Positions 11,391 through 22,043 of a stretch of DNA of 64,000 bases are shown here, in pieces. Location of the stretch: positions 73,661 to 137,660 of the forward strand of contig JBHJGN010000001.1 in the NCBI GenBank assembly GCA_050331735.1, in the 5' to 3' direction. How positions within the stretch are numbered: the stretch's first letter is position 1; each line of letters starts with the position of its first letter. The notes beneath the pieces were generated by a model. The model was not told the origin of the DNA, did no database searches, and saw only the letters and a list, made by a program, of their open reading frames with translations. The position numbers and the translations under genes were made by a program. This stretch comes from Cyanophyceae cyanobacterium. GTDB lineage: Bacteria; Cyanobacteriota; Cyanobacteriia; Cyanobacteriales; JBHJGN01.

Positions 11391-13058
11391 ATGCGCCTTT
11401 TCTCTGTGCAGGTTTCTATCACTCAGGTGTGGCTCGGGGCGATCGCCTTTTGTCTAACGTGCCTGCTCTCAATCGCTCCCGTTGTCGGCCAAAGCCAGTC
11501 CCCCGCTCCGATTACCCTCGATGGTCGTCGTTTGTTTGAAGTCAGTTCTTCGGGAGGATACGACGCTCAAGAACGAGCCGCCGATGCCAATCGGCTGCTG
11601 CGGCAAAAGATTACCCAAGCCGAACCACCCGTCGAAGTAGAAATCGATCGAACAACCGAGCTGCCGGTGATTCGCGTTGATGGCGACCACCTCCTCACCG
11701 TCACTTTTGAAGATGCCCCCAGAGGCAGAAGCGTCCAGGAACAGGCCCAAATTTGGGCCACCGAGCTTCAGAACGCCATTGCTCGAGCGCAGCGCGAACG
11801 GACGAATAGTTATCTAGGGCGAGCCGTGCTGCTTGCTGCTGGGTATCTTGTCTTAGCTGCGGTGATGAGCTGGGGCTTAGGCTGGCTATGGCGCTACTGG
11901 CTACAGCCCAAGCTCGAACGAGATTCCCACTCTACTCCCAGTCAGGAGGACACTTCGCCTTCATCGGTCAGTGCAGAAATTGGGGCCCAGGTGCTCTTAA
12001 CCCTAGTACGAGGAGCAGTCTGGCTTTATGCCGTTATTGCTGCCAGCAAGCTCTTTCCCCAAACTCGGCAGTGGAGTCGGGATGTGGTAGACGTAATCGC
12101 TAACAGTTTGTTTGCGGATTTATTTTCTCTAGGCGATAGCTCGTACTCGGTTCTAGACCTATTAATCCTCATTGGGCTGTTGGCAGGACTAATTATTGTC
12201 GCCAGATCCGTCAGAAAAATTCTCAAGTCACGGGTTTTGAGCCTCACAGGACTGAATCGGGCAACCCAAGAAACCATTGCCTTAGTAGCCAACTACGGAT
12301 TTATTTTTATTGGCAGTCTTGTACTCTTACAGCTCTGGGGGCTAGATCTGAGTTCGCTCACGGTGTTCGCCGGGGTTTTAGGGGTTGGGGTTGGTTTAGG
12401 CATTCAGGGCATTGCTAAGGAATTTGTCAGCGGACTTGTGTTAATGCTGGAGCGCCCGATTCAGGTGGGGGATTTTGTCGAAATTGGCGAACTGATGGGA
12501 ACCGTAGAGCGGATCAGCGTACGCTCGACAGAAATCCGGACTCTCGATCAGGTTTCACTGATTCTGCCTAACTCCCGCTTTCTAGAAACGGAGGTGATTA
12601 ACTGGAGCCATCACTCTTCGGTGTCGCGGCTGCGGCTTCCCGTTGGAGTTGCCTATGGCTCCAATTTAACTACGGTACGTACGGCGCTAATGAATGCAGC
12701 CAAAGAACACAGCGACGTGCTCTCCTCCCCCGCACCGAGAGTCTTCTTCCTTGGGTTTGGCGATAGTTCTCTTGATTTTGAGCTGTTAGTATGGATTGCT
12801 GAACCCCGTAAGCAGTTTCAGATCAAAAGCGATCTTTATTTTCGTATCGAAGCGATTCTGCGCCATCGCGGTGTGGAAATTCCCTTTCCTCAAAGAGATC
12901 TACACGTTCGCGGTCGCTTACCGATAGACGTGTCCCCCGAGCTAGTACAGTCCTTAACCGAACTCACCACTGGATTGACTAATTGGCTCAATCACCAGTC
13001 TAACGGGGCTGCTGGACCATCGAGATTAGGGGTTAGGGATGGTCAAGACGACAACTAA
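11391..13058 (+). CDS. MscS-family mechanosensitive channel with N-terminal periplasmic domain
   Basis: GVGVGLGIQGIAKEFVSG, ERPIQVGDFVE, EIPFPQRDLH. Confidence 0.92.
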   Translation: MRLFSVQVSITQVWLGAIAFCLTCLLSIAPVVGQSQSPAPITLDGRRLFEVSSSGGYDAQERAADANRLLRQKITQAEPPVEVEIDRTTELPVIRVDGDHLLTVTFEDAPRGRSVQEQAQIWATELQNAIARAQRERTNSYLGRAVLLAAGYLVLAAVMSWGLGWLWRYWLQPKLERDSHSTPSQEDTSPSSVSAEIGAQVLLTLVRGAVWLYAVIAASKLFPQTRQWSRDVVDVIANSLFADLFSLGDSSYSVLDLLILIGLLAGLIIVARSVRKILKSRVLSLTGLNRATQETIALVANYGFIFIGSLVLLQLWGLDLSSLTVFAGVLGVGVGLGIQGIAKEFVSGLVLMLERPIQVGDFVEIGELMGTVERISVRSTEIRTLDQVSLILPNSRFLETEVINWSHHSSVSRLRLPVGVAYGSNLTTVRTALMNAAKEHSDVLSSPAPRVFFLGFGDSSLDFELLVWIAEPRKQFQIKSDLYFRIEAILRHRGVEIPFPQRDLHVRGRLPIDVSPELVQSLTELTTGLTNWLNHQSNGAAGPSRLGVRDGQDDN

Positions 13059-13278
13059 AGGTAGGTCTTGGCTATTTAGCTGTTAGCTACTCAAGTAGTG
13101 GAAATCTAATATTAGCTCTGCTTGGTTAGTTGCTGTCTAAAAGGAAATCGCTTGAGTTAGTCAAAGCGTGGAAAACTGTCTTCATTGGTAACACCTAACC
13201 ACTAACTCTTAATTGAACTTGGGGAGTAGCGACTGATAAAGTCAAGTTTCCTCAAGGAAAAACTTTGAGCCGTCAATC

Positions 13279-13307
13279 AAGCTAAGAGCTAAAAGCTCTT
13301 AGCTTTT
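13279..13307. terminator. Hairpin between convergent genes
   Basis: Perfect 12-bp stem AAGCTAAGAGCT-AAA-AGCTCTTAGCTT. Confidence 0.6.
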
Positions 13308-13315
13308 CATCCCGT

Positions 13316-14221
13316 CTACTCGCCGCCGAGCAACCCTTCTTGCTCTAAAAACTCGCGGGCCACCTCATCCGGCTCGCGTCCGTTCCCCGCTACTTCCCAG
13401 TTGAGCCGCTGCATCGTATCCGCATCGAGCACCGCCGCTACCTCATTGAGTCGCTCTGCTACTTCAGGATGCTCTGCTAAGGTATCTTGACGCACGAAAG
13501 CAGCAGCCGGGTAGGGAGGCCAAAAGTTTTTATCGTCTTCTAACACTACTAAATCGTAGGCAGCAATCTGTCCATCGGTGCCATACCCGCTAGTCACGTC
13601 GATTTCACCTTCTTCTAGCCCAGAGTACAGCAGCCCTGGATCGAGGGTAACCACTTCTTCAAAATTGAAGCCGCCGTAGGTAGTTTGTAGTCCAGGCAAA
13701 CCATCACCGCGCTCAGCAAACTCGAGATCGACTCCCAGGGTCAAATCGCTAGCTTTCTGCGAGAGTTCGCTAACGGTTTCTACGCCTAACTCGTTAGCCA
13801 AATCTTTAGGCATCACCAGAGCATAGGTATTATTGAAAGAAGTTGGCTCCAGCACAGCAACATCATACTCTTCTGCGTAGGTCTCTTTGACAACGTTGTA
13901 AACTTCTTCTCTCGTCATCTCGGGGTCAAATTCCTGACCAAGAATCGAAATCAGCGCCGTGCCCGTATATTCTGGATACACATCAATATCGCCTTCCACT
14001 AAAGCCGAATGATTTTCATCGGTTTGACCAATGGGGGTATATTCAGCATCAAATCCGGCATCATCTAAAACCATCTCGTACATATTGCCGAGAAGATATT
14101 GTTCTGTAAAAGATTTAGAGCCTATTTTAATTTCGTCGCCTGAGCCACCACCGCCGCAAGCCGTCGTTAAGCTAATCGAGGCTAAACCTAAAACCCCTAG
14201 AACTATTTGTCGCTTAAGCAT
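13316..14221 (-). CDS. Osmoprotectant (glycine betaine/choline) ABC substrate-binding lipoprotein, OpuCC/OsmF-like
   Basis: Lipobox TTAC, IGSKSFTEQ, IDVYPEYTGT, LEDDKNFWPPY. Confidence 0.9.
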   Translation of the reverse strand: MLKRQIVLGVLGLASISLTTACGGGGSGDEIKIGSKSFTEQYLLGNMYEMVLDDAGFDAEYTPIGQTDENHSALVEGDIDVYPEYTGTALISILGQEFDPEMTREEVYNVVKETYAEEYDVAVLEPTSFNNTYALVMPKDLANELGVETVSELSQKASDLTLGVDLEFAERGDGLPGLQTTYGGFNFEEVVTLDPGLLYSGLEEGEIDVTSGYGTDGQIAAYDLVVLEDDKNFWPPYPAAAFVRQDTLAEHPEVAERLNEVAAVLDADTMQRLNWEVAGNGREPDEVAREFLEQEGLLGGE

Positions 14222-14618
14222 TCTTCTTTCCTCTTAACTTGACGCTGGTACTGTAGCCACATAAATACTGCCTGTCGTGAAAACTAGTATAGATCGTCAA
14301 CAGCGACTCGTTATCGATCGTTAATTGCTGAGTGTTTAGTAGAAGCTGGAGTCGAACAAGGAAGAGTTGCTCCCGAAACCTTGAACAACTTAGCCTATCT
14401 CAACGCTGTCGACCTGCATTTAAACACTCTGACTAATACTCGGTAAGCCCCAATACTCAAAAAAAGCGTTGAATCTGACTGCCGTTTTAATAACTTCTTG
14501 CTACTGTTATCCCAGCGTTGACCATACTAGGATTTTTTAATGGCTCCAAAAAAAATTCATGGCTGGCTATCCTAGCCCAAACGAAACTATAGTGAGGAGA
14601 GGGTGATGGCGGATAATT

Positions 14619-15191
14619 ATGTTGAACTTATTAGACAAAAAGCAGTTTTGGTCTTCTCCACAACGACGCTCATTGGCCTATTTACTCGGGCTGACTTCAG
14701 CCGTTGCCCTCTGTAGCTCGGGGATGCTATTGCCGTTACCTCAAGGTTGGGCCGGAATTTTGTTAGGCAGTTCTAAGCAAGCGCAAGCTTCCCCGCATCG
14801 TCCAATGACTCTAAAATCGTCTGCTCCCCAAAGCATTCAGCAATTAATAGAAAAACAGGCTAGAGGCTGGGAAAACGCCGACTCGAAGTCTATTATTGAG
14901 GATTTTGCTGAAGAAGCTCTCTTTGTTGTTCCCGGCTCTGTCTTTAAGGGCAGATCAGCTATTAAAGCCGCCGCAGAAGACTATTTTTCTCAGTTTTCTC
15001 AAACTCAAATTACTATCGACCGTATTGTGGTAAGCGGCAATGAAGGAGTTGTGGAATGGCGCTGGAGCGATGTTAATGACCGAACGGGAGAGAAAACCTT
15101 GGCTGACGATGCCATTGTCTTTGAACTAGAAGACGGCAAGATTAAGTATTGGCGCGAGTATATTGATACTCAGTCGCCTGCTCAAGAATAA
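14619..15191 (+). CDS. SnoaL/NTF2-like protein
   Basis: FAEEALF...GRSAI...DGKIKYWREYID. Confidence 0.8.
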   Translation: MLNLLDKKQFWSSPQRRSLAYLLGLTSAVALCSSGMLLPLPQGWAGILLGSSKQAQASPHRPMTLKSSAPQSIQQLIEKQARGWENADSKSIIEDFAEEALFVVPGSVFKGRSAIKAAAEDYFSQFSQTQITIDRIVVSGNEGVVEWRWSDVNDRTGEKTLADDAIVFELEDGKIKYWREYIDTQSPAQE

Positions 15192-15427
15192 GCAAGACTT
15201 TTGAATCTGATTAAACGGAGTCTACCCGAGCTGGCGGGCTAGATGCTGATCGCTTTTGTCTGGCTGACACTTTGTTTAGCTCCTGCTCAGAGAATACGCT
15301 CAAAAAAACAAGAGTTTGTCCTGATCAAGCAGTACTGCACTAGCGAAGCTTTCCCTTGCAAAGGACAAGTTGACCAATTTACTATATTGAGCAGACAGTA
15401 ATTCCATTCAGAGTTTTAAAAAGTATC

Positions 15428-15973
15428 ATGGCAGAAGAAAATTCCTCTAACGCAGAATCGCCAAAAACTGACGACAAGACGGCTGAAACGACCGCTAAGA
15501 AACAGGCTGGAACCGATGATTCTACAGCTAATAAACCTGCTACTAAACCAGCCGCTAAGAAACCATCTACCAAGGGCGGCAAGAAGGAGAAGCCTCCTGC
15601 TATTGAAGACAAACCTTTTACAGAATTTGTTGAGCAACACTTTGTCCCTGCTCTTAAAGAGGCTTTTGCCGAACAGGGAGTCGAGGAGATTGACTTAAAT
15701 TTTCTCAAGCAAAACCTCCCCAGCACCGTTATTAACTCTGACGAACAGTGCTGGCAAGTAACGGGTAACTGGCAAAATGGACAGCGCCAGTTTATTCTGT
15801 ATTTTCTGGAGGAAGATATCAAAGGGCCAAAGGCGTTTACTTATGCCACCAATGGTTCTGCCCCAAGCACCATTGAATCATTTATGATTGACGAGCGTAA
15901 AGTCAATTTGGATTTGTTAGTTCTGTATACCCTCCAGCGTCTCAACGGGCAAAAGTGGCTGGTGCGAAATTAA
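15428..15973 (+). CDS. ndhV: DUF2996 protein / NDH-1 subunit NdhV
   Basis: KPPAIEDKPFTEF, IESFMIDERKVNLDLLVLYTLQRLNGQKWL. Confidence 0.8.
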   Translation: MAEENSSNAESPKTDDKTAETTAKKQAGTDDSTANKPATKPAAKKPSTKGGKKEKPPAIEDKPFTEFVEQHFVPALKEAFAEQGVEEIDLNFLKQNLPSTVINSDEQCWQVTGNWQNGQRQFILYFLEEDIKGPKAFTYATNGSAPSTIESFMIDERKVNLDLLVLYTLQRLNGQKWLVRN

Positions 15974-16055
15974 GGAGACGGCTGTATCCGAGCGCACTCT
16001 TTGCCTTGAGATTGCTTCTGTCTCTAAAATAACGCGGTTCCTGAGTGAAACCGAA

Positions 16056-16559
16056 TTAAAGCTCGAAGAAATCGTAAACAACGACTCCGGTATCCGAGTG
16101 ATTGCCCACGCCGATATAGCCTTTTGTCAGCATCTCGTTGAGAGTCTGCTGAACTTCCTCAAAGCTTCCCCCGGTATCGATCACTCCTTGAGTCACAGAA
16201 AGTTTGCCGCCCCGTTTTTGAGCCGCTCGCGCTAGCTCGACCATAAGCTGTTCCTGGCGAGGTAGCTGAACAGGACTCTGGGACGAAGCGGGCTGGAAAG
16301 GTTCTTGGACCTGAGCTGTTCCATAGCTTTGAGGAATGCCCGTTGAGGATAGACCGAGACGCTGCCGCACTCTGAGGTTGTGCTCGTCAACCATGCTGGG
16401 AATCAGCAGCAAATCAACAAGTTGACCGACTCCAAAAAGCCCCCAGGTGCAAAACCACAAAAATCCGCTGAGAAATTTCCGATTGTAGATGCGATGAAAT
16501 CCAGCAAAACCTAAAAGCCAACAGAGCCAGAGTAGATAACTAGTGCTAGAACGATTCAT
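16056..16559 (-). CDS. TM2/NINE domain protein
   Basis: GFAGFHRIY...TWGLFGVGQLVDLLLIP. Confidence 0.85.
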   Translation of the reverse strand: MNRSSTSYLLWLCWLLGFAGFHRIYNRKFLSGFLWFCTWGLFGVGQLVDLLLIPSMVDEHNLRVRQRLGLSSTGIPQSYGTAQVQEPFQPASSQSPVQLPRQEQLMVELARAAQKRGGKLSVTQGVIDTGGSFEEVQQTLNEMLTKGYIGVGNHSDTGVVVYDFFEL

Positions 16560-16753
16560 TGTTAATGAACGAGAAAGGGCTGTTGTCGCAGTTAGAAAAA
16601 TTGGTAAGCAGCTTCAGGACACAGAACGTCTTAACATAGATGAAAGGCTGCTTGTACTTTAGTTTATATTCTAAGTCTTTCTTTTCTGTTAGAGATTCTA
16701 GAAAACAGAGAAGGTTGAGGGGTCTTAACTTATTTTCATATAGCTAGTTGACC

Positions 16754-17140
16754 ATGCAGGTATTTGTTTTACTGTTTAACGCCCAAACCGAAAACGAAGG
16801 GATTCATACCGTTCAATCGGGCGAACACAACAAAGTATTGATGTTTGAATCAGAGGACGATGCAACTCGTTTTGCCCTGTTGCTCGAAGCGCAAGATTTC
16901 CCGACTCCGACCGTTGAAGCCATTGATTCTAAAGACGTAGAAGAGTTTTGTCTTGGGGCTGGTTACGAGTGTGAACTGATTCGAGAAGGAATGTTAGTTA
17001 TTCCACCAGAGGCCAACGTTGAAAAAACCGACTGTTCTACTGAAGCAGACGCCCAGACCGCAGAAGCGACAGTCGATGAATCAGAATTAAGCAACGAGCA
17101 GCTCGAGCAAATTCGTCGTCAGTTAGAAGGGCTACTCTAG
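16754..17140 (+). CDS. DUF3110 domain protein
   Basis: VFVLLFNAQTENEGIH, FESEDDATRFALLLEAQDFP. Confidence 0.85.
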   Translation: MQVFVLLFNAQTENEGIHTVQSGEHNKVLMFESEDDATRFALLLEAQDFPTPTVEAIDSKDVEEFCLGAGYECELIREGMLVIPPEANVEKTDCSTEADAQTAEATVDESELSNEQLEQIRRQLEGLL

Positions 17141-17177
17141 TCTGACCAAGGCATTCGAGCAGCAAAAGTGAGGTAGG

Positions 17178-18095
17178 ATGAATATAGACAGAGGTCATCT
17201 GCTCACGGAGCAGATTAATCCCAACAGCCACAATCTCGATCGGCTCACTGCGCTAGAGTTAGTCGAACTATTCAACCGCGAGGACGCGCACACAATCGAG
17301 GCCATTGCTCATGCTAAAGAGGCTCTGGCTGAAGCGATTGAGGCGATCGCTTGCGCTCTGCGCCGGGGAGGACGTTTATTCTATGTGGGGGCTGGAACCA
17401 GCGGACGCTTGGGGGTTTTGGATGCAGCAGAATGTCCGCCAACCTTCTGTACCCCTCCTGAAATGGTGCAGGGAATGATTGCCGGGGGAGCCGCGTCTTT
17501 AGTGAAAAGCTCAGAAAGTTTGGAGGACCGCGCTGAAGATGGAGCCGCAGAAATCGAGCAGCGACAGATTACGGACTCCGATGTTGTCGTCGGCATTAGC
17601 GCTGGCGGCACTACCCCATTTGTGCGGGGAGCCGTGGAGGCTGCCAAGGAACGCGGAGCGACAACGATTTACATTAGCTGCGTTCCTGTGGCCCAGGTCA
17701 GCCATCGCGCCGACATTGATATTCGCCTGCTCGTCGGACCGGAAGTATTAGCCGGGTCTACGCGCCTCAAAGCCGGAACCGCGACAAAAATGGCCCTCAA
17801 CATTCTGTCAACGGGAGTGATGGTGCGTTTAGGGAAAGTGTACGGCAACCGCATGGTAGATGTTTCCGTGACCAACAGCAAGCTGCGCGATCGCGCTCTG
17901 CGCATTCTGCAAGAGCTGACAGAGCTCGACCGCCCAGCAGCCGAACACCTGCTCGAGCGCAGCGGACTGCGGGTGAAGCTGGCGCTGCTGATGCACTGGT
18001 GCCATCTCGACGCTAGCCGAGGCGATCGCCTACTCCAGGAGCATGGTGGCAATCTACGCGCGGCTTTACAAGCTCAGCGGAGTCATGAGAATTAG
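17178..18095 (+). CDS. murQ: N-acetylmuramic acid 6-phosphate etherase
   Basis: GAGTSGRLGVLDAAECPPTF, GSTRLKAGTATK. Confidence 0.96.
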   Translation: MNIDRGHLLTEQINPNSHNLDRLTALELVELFNREDAHTIEAIAHAKEALAEAIEAIACALRRGGRLFYVGAGTSGRLGVLDAAECPPTFCTPPEMVQGMIAGGAASLVKSSESLEDRAEDGAAEIEQRQITDSDVVVGISAGGTTPFVRGAVEAAKERGATTIYISCVPVAQVSHRADIDIRLLVGPEVLAGSTRLKAGTATKMALNILSTGVMVRLGKVYGNRMVDVSVTNSKLRDRALRILQELTELDRPAAEHLLERSGLRVKLALLMHWCHLDASRGDRLLQEHGGNLRAALQAQRSHEN

Positions 18096-18149
18096 TAACT
18101 ATTCTGATTGAGCCTTCCGCTCTTAGCAACCACCATACCAGCAAAAACC

Positions 18150-19631
18150 ATGTTTAACGGATCGCAGTCAACAGCAGTGCTTTTCATTCTCCTCGTCGTC
18201 GCCATTCAGGTCTGGGGCTTTAACCGCGCGCGAGCCTACGGCAAGCCAGGCATCTTAGCCTGGCTCCAGTCTGTTGTTCTGTTAGCCCCTTGGGTGGTTT
18301 TCTTTGGCCTACTGGCTGCCGGAATTTATATTAATATTGTGGGCATTATCTTTTTGCTGGTGGCCTCAGCAGGAGCCTACATTTGGATCGGTAGACAGGT
18401 GAGGACAGCCGGTCAAGAGCGTCTGAAAGAACAGGCTGTACATGAACCCACAGCAGAACTGCCACAGCCTCCCACCGAAGCAGAAACAGTCGCTCCTGAG
18501 TCGGAAGTACCGCCGATTGATGCGGGCGATCTCAAGCTGATTCAAGGAATTTTTGGGATCGATACCTTTTTTGCCACTGAAACCATCGCCTATCAAGAAG
18601 GGGCAATTTTTAAAGGTAATCTGCGGGGAGACCCCGAGACCGTTCATTCCCGTCTTTCGGCTAAGCTTCAACAACTCTGGGCAGACAAATATCACCTGTT
18701 TCTGGTAGAAAGCCCAGAAGGCAAGCCAGTCGTGATTGTGCTTCCCAGCAGCAACGGTCCTCAGCCCGCTACCCTGGCTCAAAAAAACTTGGCGCTGGTG
18801 CTGCTAGTGGCAACGGTGGCAACCACTCTAGAAGCGGGTGGTTTACTGCTAGGCTTCGACTGGTTTAGCGAACTGGGACGGTATCAAGAAGCCCTGCCCC
18901 TGAGCCTAGGACTGTGGAGTATCCTCCTCGCCCACGAACTCGGCCATTTTTTCGTAGCCAAGCGTTATCAGGTACGCCTGAGCCTCCCCTATTTTCTCCC
19001 TAGCTGGCAAATCGGTTCGTTTGGAGCGATCGCTCGCTTTGAGTCACTGCTCCCCCATCGCACCGCTCTCTTTGATATCGCTTTAGCGGGTCCAGCCTGC
19101 GGCGGCATCGTTTCCCTCGTCCTCTTTGTGATCGGCTTGCTGCTGTCCCGTTCAGGAAGTTTGTTTCAAGTGCCGACCCAATTATTTCAGGGATCGATTT
19201 TAGTCGGAGGATTGGCGCGAGCTGTTTTAGGGTCCGCCTTAGAAAAAACGCTGGTCGATCTGCATCCGCTGACGGTGATCGGCTGGCTCGGTCTGGTGAT
19301 TACGGCTTTAAATCTCCTGCCTGCGGGCCAGCTCGATGGCGGGCGCATTCTTCAGGCCATTTATGGACGCAAAGTGACCAGGCGCGCAACAATCGCTACC
19401 CTCGTCGCCCTCGGCATTGTGGCGCTGATCAATCCGAATAACCCGATTCCCCTCTACTGGGGCATTGTGATTCTGTTTTTGCAAAGAGACTTAGAAAGAC
19501 CGAGCCTCAACGAACTCACCGAACCCGATGATGCCAGAGCTGCCTGGGGATTACTGGCCCTCTTCCTGATGCTCGCGACGCTCATTCCTCTCAGTCCAAG
19601 TTTAGCGGGTCGTCTGGGGATTGGAGGCTAG
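18150..19631 (+). CDS. Site-2 protease (peptidase M50)
   Basis: HELGH, AGP, NLLPAGQLDGG. Confidence 0.92.
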   Translation: MFNGSQSTAVLFILLVVAIQVWGFNRARAYGKPGILAWLQSVVLLAPWVVFFGLLAAGIYINIVGIIFLLVASAGAYIWIGRQVRTAGQERLKEQAVHEPTAELPQPPTEAETVAPESEVPPIDAGDLKLIQGIFGIDTFFATETIAYQEGAIFKGNLRGDPETVHSRLSAKLQQLWADKYHLFLVESPEGKPVVIVLPSSNGPQPATLAQKNLALVLLVATVATTLEAGGLLLGFDWFSELGRYQEALPLSLGLWSILLAHELGHFFVAKRYQVRLSLPYFLPSWQIGSFGAIARFESLLPHRTALFDIALAGPACGGIVSLVLFVIGLLLSRSGSLFQVPTQLFQGSILVGGLARAVLGSALEKTLVDLHPLTVIGWLGLVITALNLLPAGQLDGGRILQAIYGRKVTRRATIATLVALGIVALINPNNPIPLYWGIVILFLQRDLERPSLNELTEPDDARAAWGLLALFLMLATLIPLSPSLAGRLGIGG

Positions 19632-19678
19632 AAACAGTGACCAGTGGCCCATCAACAATCAACAATTAACAGCATTCA

Positions 19679-20800
19679 ATGACCCCGGAAATTTCAACGG
19701 TAGATGTGTTGCAGCTCGCTTCTGGCGATCGCCTACAGATTCAGATATACCAGTTTAAGGGAGCGCAGCCGGGCAAGAAAGCCTACCTCCAGGCTAATCT
19801 TCACGGAGCGGAAATCGTTGGCAATGCGGTGATTGAGCGTCTGATTCAGTTTTTAGGAACTTTAACGGCTGAACAGCTCGTTGGGGAAATTTGGCTAGTT
19901 CCGGCGTGTAACCCTGTGAGCACCAATCAGCGCTCTCACTTCTTCTCAACGGGGCGCTACAATAGCTACGATGGCAAAGACTGGAACCGCATTTGGGACT
20001 ATGAAGCAGGGGACATTCAAACTTTTGCTCAAGCTCACCTCGATTTAGATCCAGAAGAGATTAGAACCCGGTATCTATCTCAGCTCAAAGGCATCTTTCA
20101 ACAGCAATTAGCAGACATTCAGCGCCCGAGCAGCGTTGAGTATGGTCAGTACTTCCGCTTCCAGCTTCAGTCGCTCTGTTTAGATGCTAACTACGTCATC
20201 GATCTGCATAGCTCTAGCAACCACGGCATTGACTATCTTTACTGCTTTCACAGTCGCGAAGCCAGCGCTCCGTATTTGCTCCTGGAGTACGGCATTTTGA
20301 TGAAGGAGTACGATGGCATTTCCTTTGATGAAGCGTTTATGAAGCCGTGGTTAGAGTTAGAAGCCCAGTTCGCTCAGTTGGGCCACCCGGTTCGGTTTGA
20401 TGTTGAATCGTGGACTTTGGAGCTCGGGACAGGCATGCAGCTTAATCCTATATCGGTGGACAAGGGAGTGGCTGGGATTAAGAACTATCTGATTTACAAA
20501 GGAATGCTCGCCATCGCTGATTCTCATCCCTTAGCTTCAACCGCCATCACGCTGGTTGAAAAGAGTAGGCTGAAGAAGTATTACGCGCCCACTGGCGGCA
20601 TGATTCAGCATAGAGTCCCGCTTAGGAAGACTGTTCAGGCTGGAGAAAAACTTTACCAAATTCTCAGATTTTCCCTAGGGCAGTTGCCAATCGTCGTGGA
20701 CGTTTGTGCCGAGCAAGATGGCTTAGTCTACGATGTTTCTACTAACGAAGCCGTCAATCAAGGAGAATACGTTTTGTCTATGATGAATGCCAGGAATTAA
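19679..20800 (+). CDS. Succinylglutamate desuccinylase/aspartoacylase family protein
   Basis: LHGAEIVG, DWNR, IDLHS, TLELG. Confidence 0.85.
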   Translation: MTPEISTVDVLQLASGDRLQIQIYQFKGAQPGKKAYLQANLHGAEIVGNAVIERLIQFLGTLTAEQLVGEIWLVPACNPVSTNQRSHFFSTGRYNSYDGKDWNRIWDYEAGDIQTFAQAHLDLDPEEIRTRYLSQLKGIFQQQLADIQRPSSVEYGQYFRFQLQSLCLDANYVIDLHSSSNHGIDYLYCFHSREASAPYLLLEYGILMKEYDGISFDEAFMKPWLELEAQFAQLGHPVRFDVESWTLELGTGMQLNPISVDKGVAGIKNYLIYKGMLAIADSHPLASTAITLVEKSRLKKYYAPTGGMIQHRVPLRKTVQAGEKLYQILRFSLGQLPIVVDVCAEQDGLVYDVSTNEAVNQGEYVLSMMNARN

Positions 20801-20809
20801 AACTGCAAA

Positions 20810-21748
20810 GTGGAGCACAGCGATTTGACGGATACAGTTATTCCGATGGCCCCAGAGGGGTTTAAATCCGGATTCGTCGGAATTGTGGGACGACCCAACG
20901 TGGGGAAATCGACTCTCATGAATCAACTGGTGGGGCAGAAAATCGCCATCACCTCTCCCGTTGCTCAGACGACGCGCAACCGCCTCAGAGGAATTTTGAC
21001 CACCGACCGCGCCCAGCTCATCTTTGTCGATACCCCCGGAATCCACAAACCCCACCACGAACTCGGTAAGGTGCTGGTTAAAAACGCCCAGAGAGCGATC
21101 GCCTCGGTGGATGTGGTGCTGTTGGTTGTTGACAGTACCGGGGTTGCCGGAGGCGGCGATCGCTTTATTGTCGATCTGCTCAAGCAGTCTTCTGTTCCGG
21201 TGATTCTTGGTCTCAATAAGTCGGATCTCCAGCCAGCCGAGTATCACCCCATCGATGATACCTATCGGCAAATTGCCGAGGAACACAACTGGTCTATTGT
21301 CAAGTTTTCCGCCTTGACAGGAGCCGGACTAGCATCGCTTCAGCAACTCCTGAGCGACCGTCTCGAACCAGGCCCCTATTACTATCCTCCCGATTTAGTG
21401 ACTGACCAGCCAGAGCGGTTTATTATGGGCGAACTGATTCGAGAACAAATCCTGTTGCTGACCCGTCAAGAAATTCCCCATTCAGTCGCCATCACCGTAG
21501 AAAAAGTTGAAGAAACCCCCCGCATTACCCGAGTTTTTGCCGCCATCAACGTTGAAAGAGACTCTCAAAAAGGCATTCTCATTGGTAAAAAAGGCAGTAT
21601 GCTCAAAGCCATTGGCACTCAAGCAAGAGAGCAAATGCAAAAGCTCATTGCCGGAGATGTCTATCTTGAGCTATTTGTCAAAGTTCAGCCGAAGTGGAGA
21701 CAGTCGCGGTTACGCCTAGCCGAACTCGGCTACCGAGTTGAAGACTAG
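20810..21748 (+). CDS. era: GTPase Era
   Basis: GRPNVGKST, QTTR, DTPG, NKSD, KH-domain GILIGKKG. Confidence 0.97.
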   Translation: MEHSDLTDTVIPMAPEGFKSGFVGIVGRPNVGKSTLMNQLVGQKIAITSPVAQTTRNRLRGILTTDRAQLIFVDTPGIHKPHHELGKVLVKNAQRAIASVDVVLLVVDSTGVAGGGDRFIVDLLKQSSVPVILGLNKSDLQPAEYHPIDDTYRQIAEEHNWSIVKFSALTGAGLASLQQLLSDRLEPGPYYYPPDLVTDQPERFIMGELIREQILLLTRQEIPHSVAITVEKVEETPRITRVFAAINVERDSQKGILIGKKGSMLKAIGTQAREQMQKLIAGDVYLELFVKVQPKWRQSRLRLAELGYRVED

Positions 21749-21969
21749 CGCCGCAGGCGCGGGAAAAGGGGAAAAAGTTGCTCCGCAACGGGGAAAGGGG
21801 AAATTATTGAGCTTATTTCTTAGCTCTGTGTTCTTTTGCTGTCCCGCACCGGACAGATTTCCCCTTCCCCGTCCCAACCGGGACAATTTCCCCTTTTCCC
21901 TTTCCCCATCGCGGAGCGATTTCCCCCTTCCCCGTCCCAACCGGGACAATTTGCCCGCGCCTGCGGTGC
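21748..21969. repeat. MITE-like element with 16-bp terminal inverted repeats and heptamer-like arrays
   Basis: GCGCCGCAGGCGCGGG ... CCCGCGCCTGCGGTGC (1 mismatch); internal direct repeat CTTCCCCGTCCCAACCGGGACAATTT x2. Confidence 0.65.
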
Positions 21970-22043
21970 TTCTTTACCAAAATTAATTATTTAAATGGTA
22001 TTTCCGGGCGTAATCCTGGGTACGTTAGCTCTAGCTTCAAGGG

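Noticed and set aside
14222..14618. Riboswitch upstream of the osmoprotectant-binding gene
   Set aside because: No recognisable c-di-AMP or other aptamer consensus by eye
21748..21969. CRISPR array suggested by short direct repeats
   Set aside because: Only two copies, low-complexity spacer, no regular period, no cas genes
21738..21986. Short ORFs over repeat elements (also 32072-32392)
   Set aside because: Translations of low-complexity heptamer repeats (FPLP/GKGE), not credible proteins
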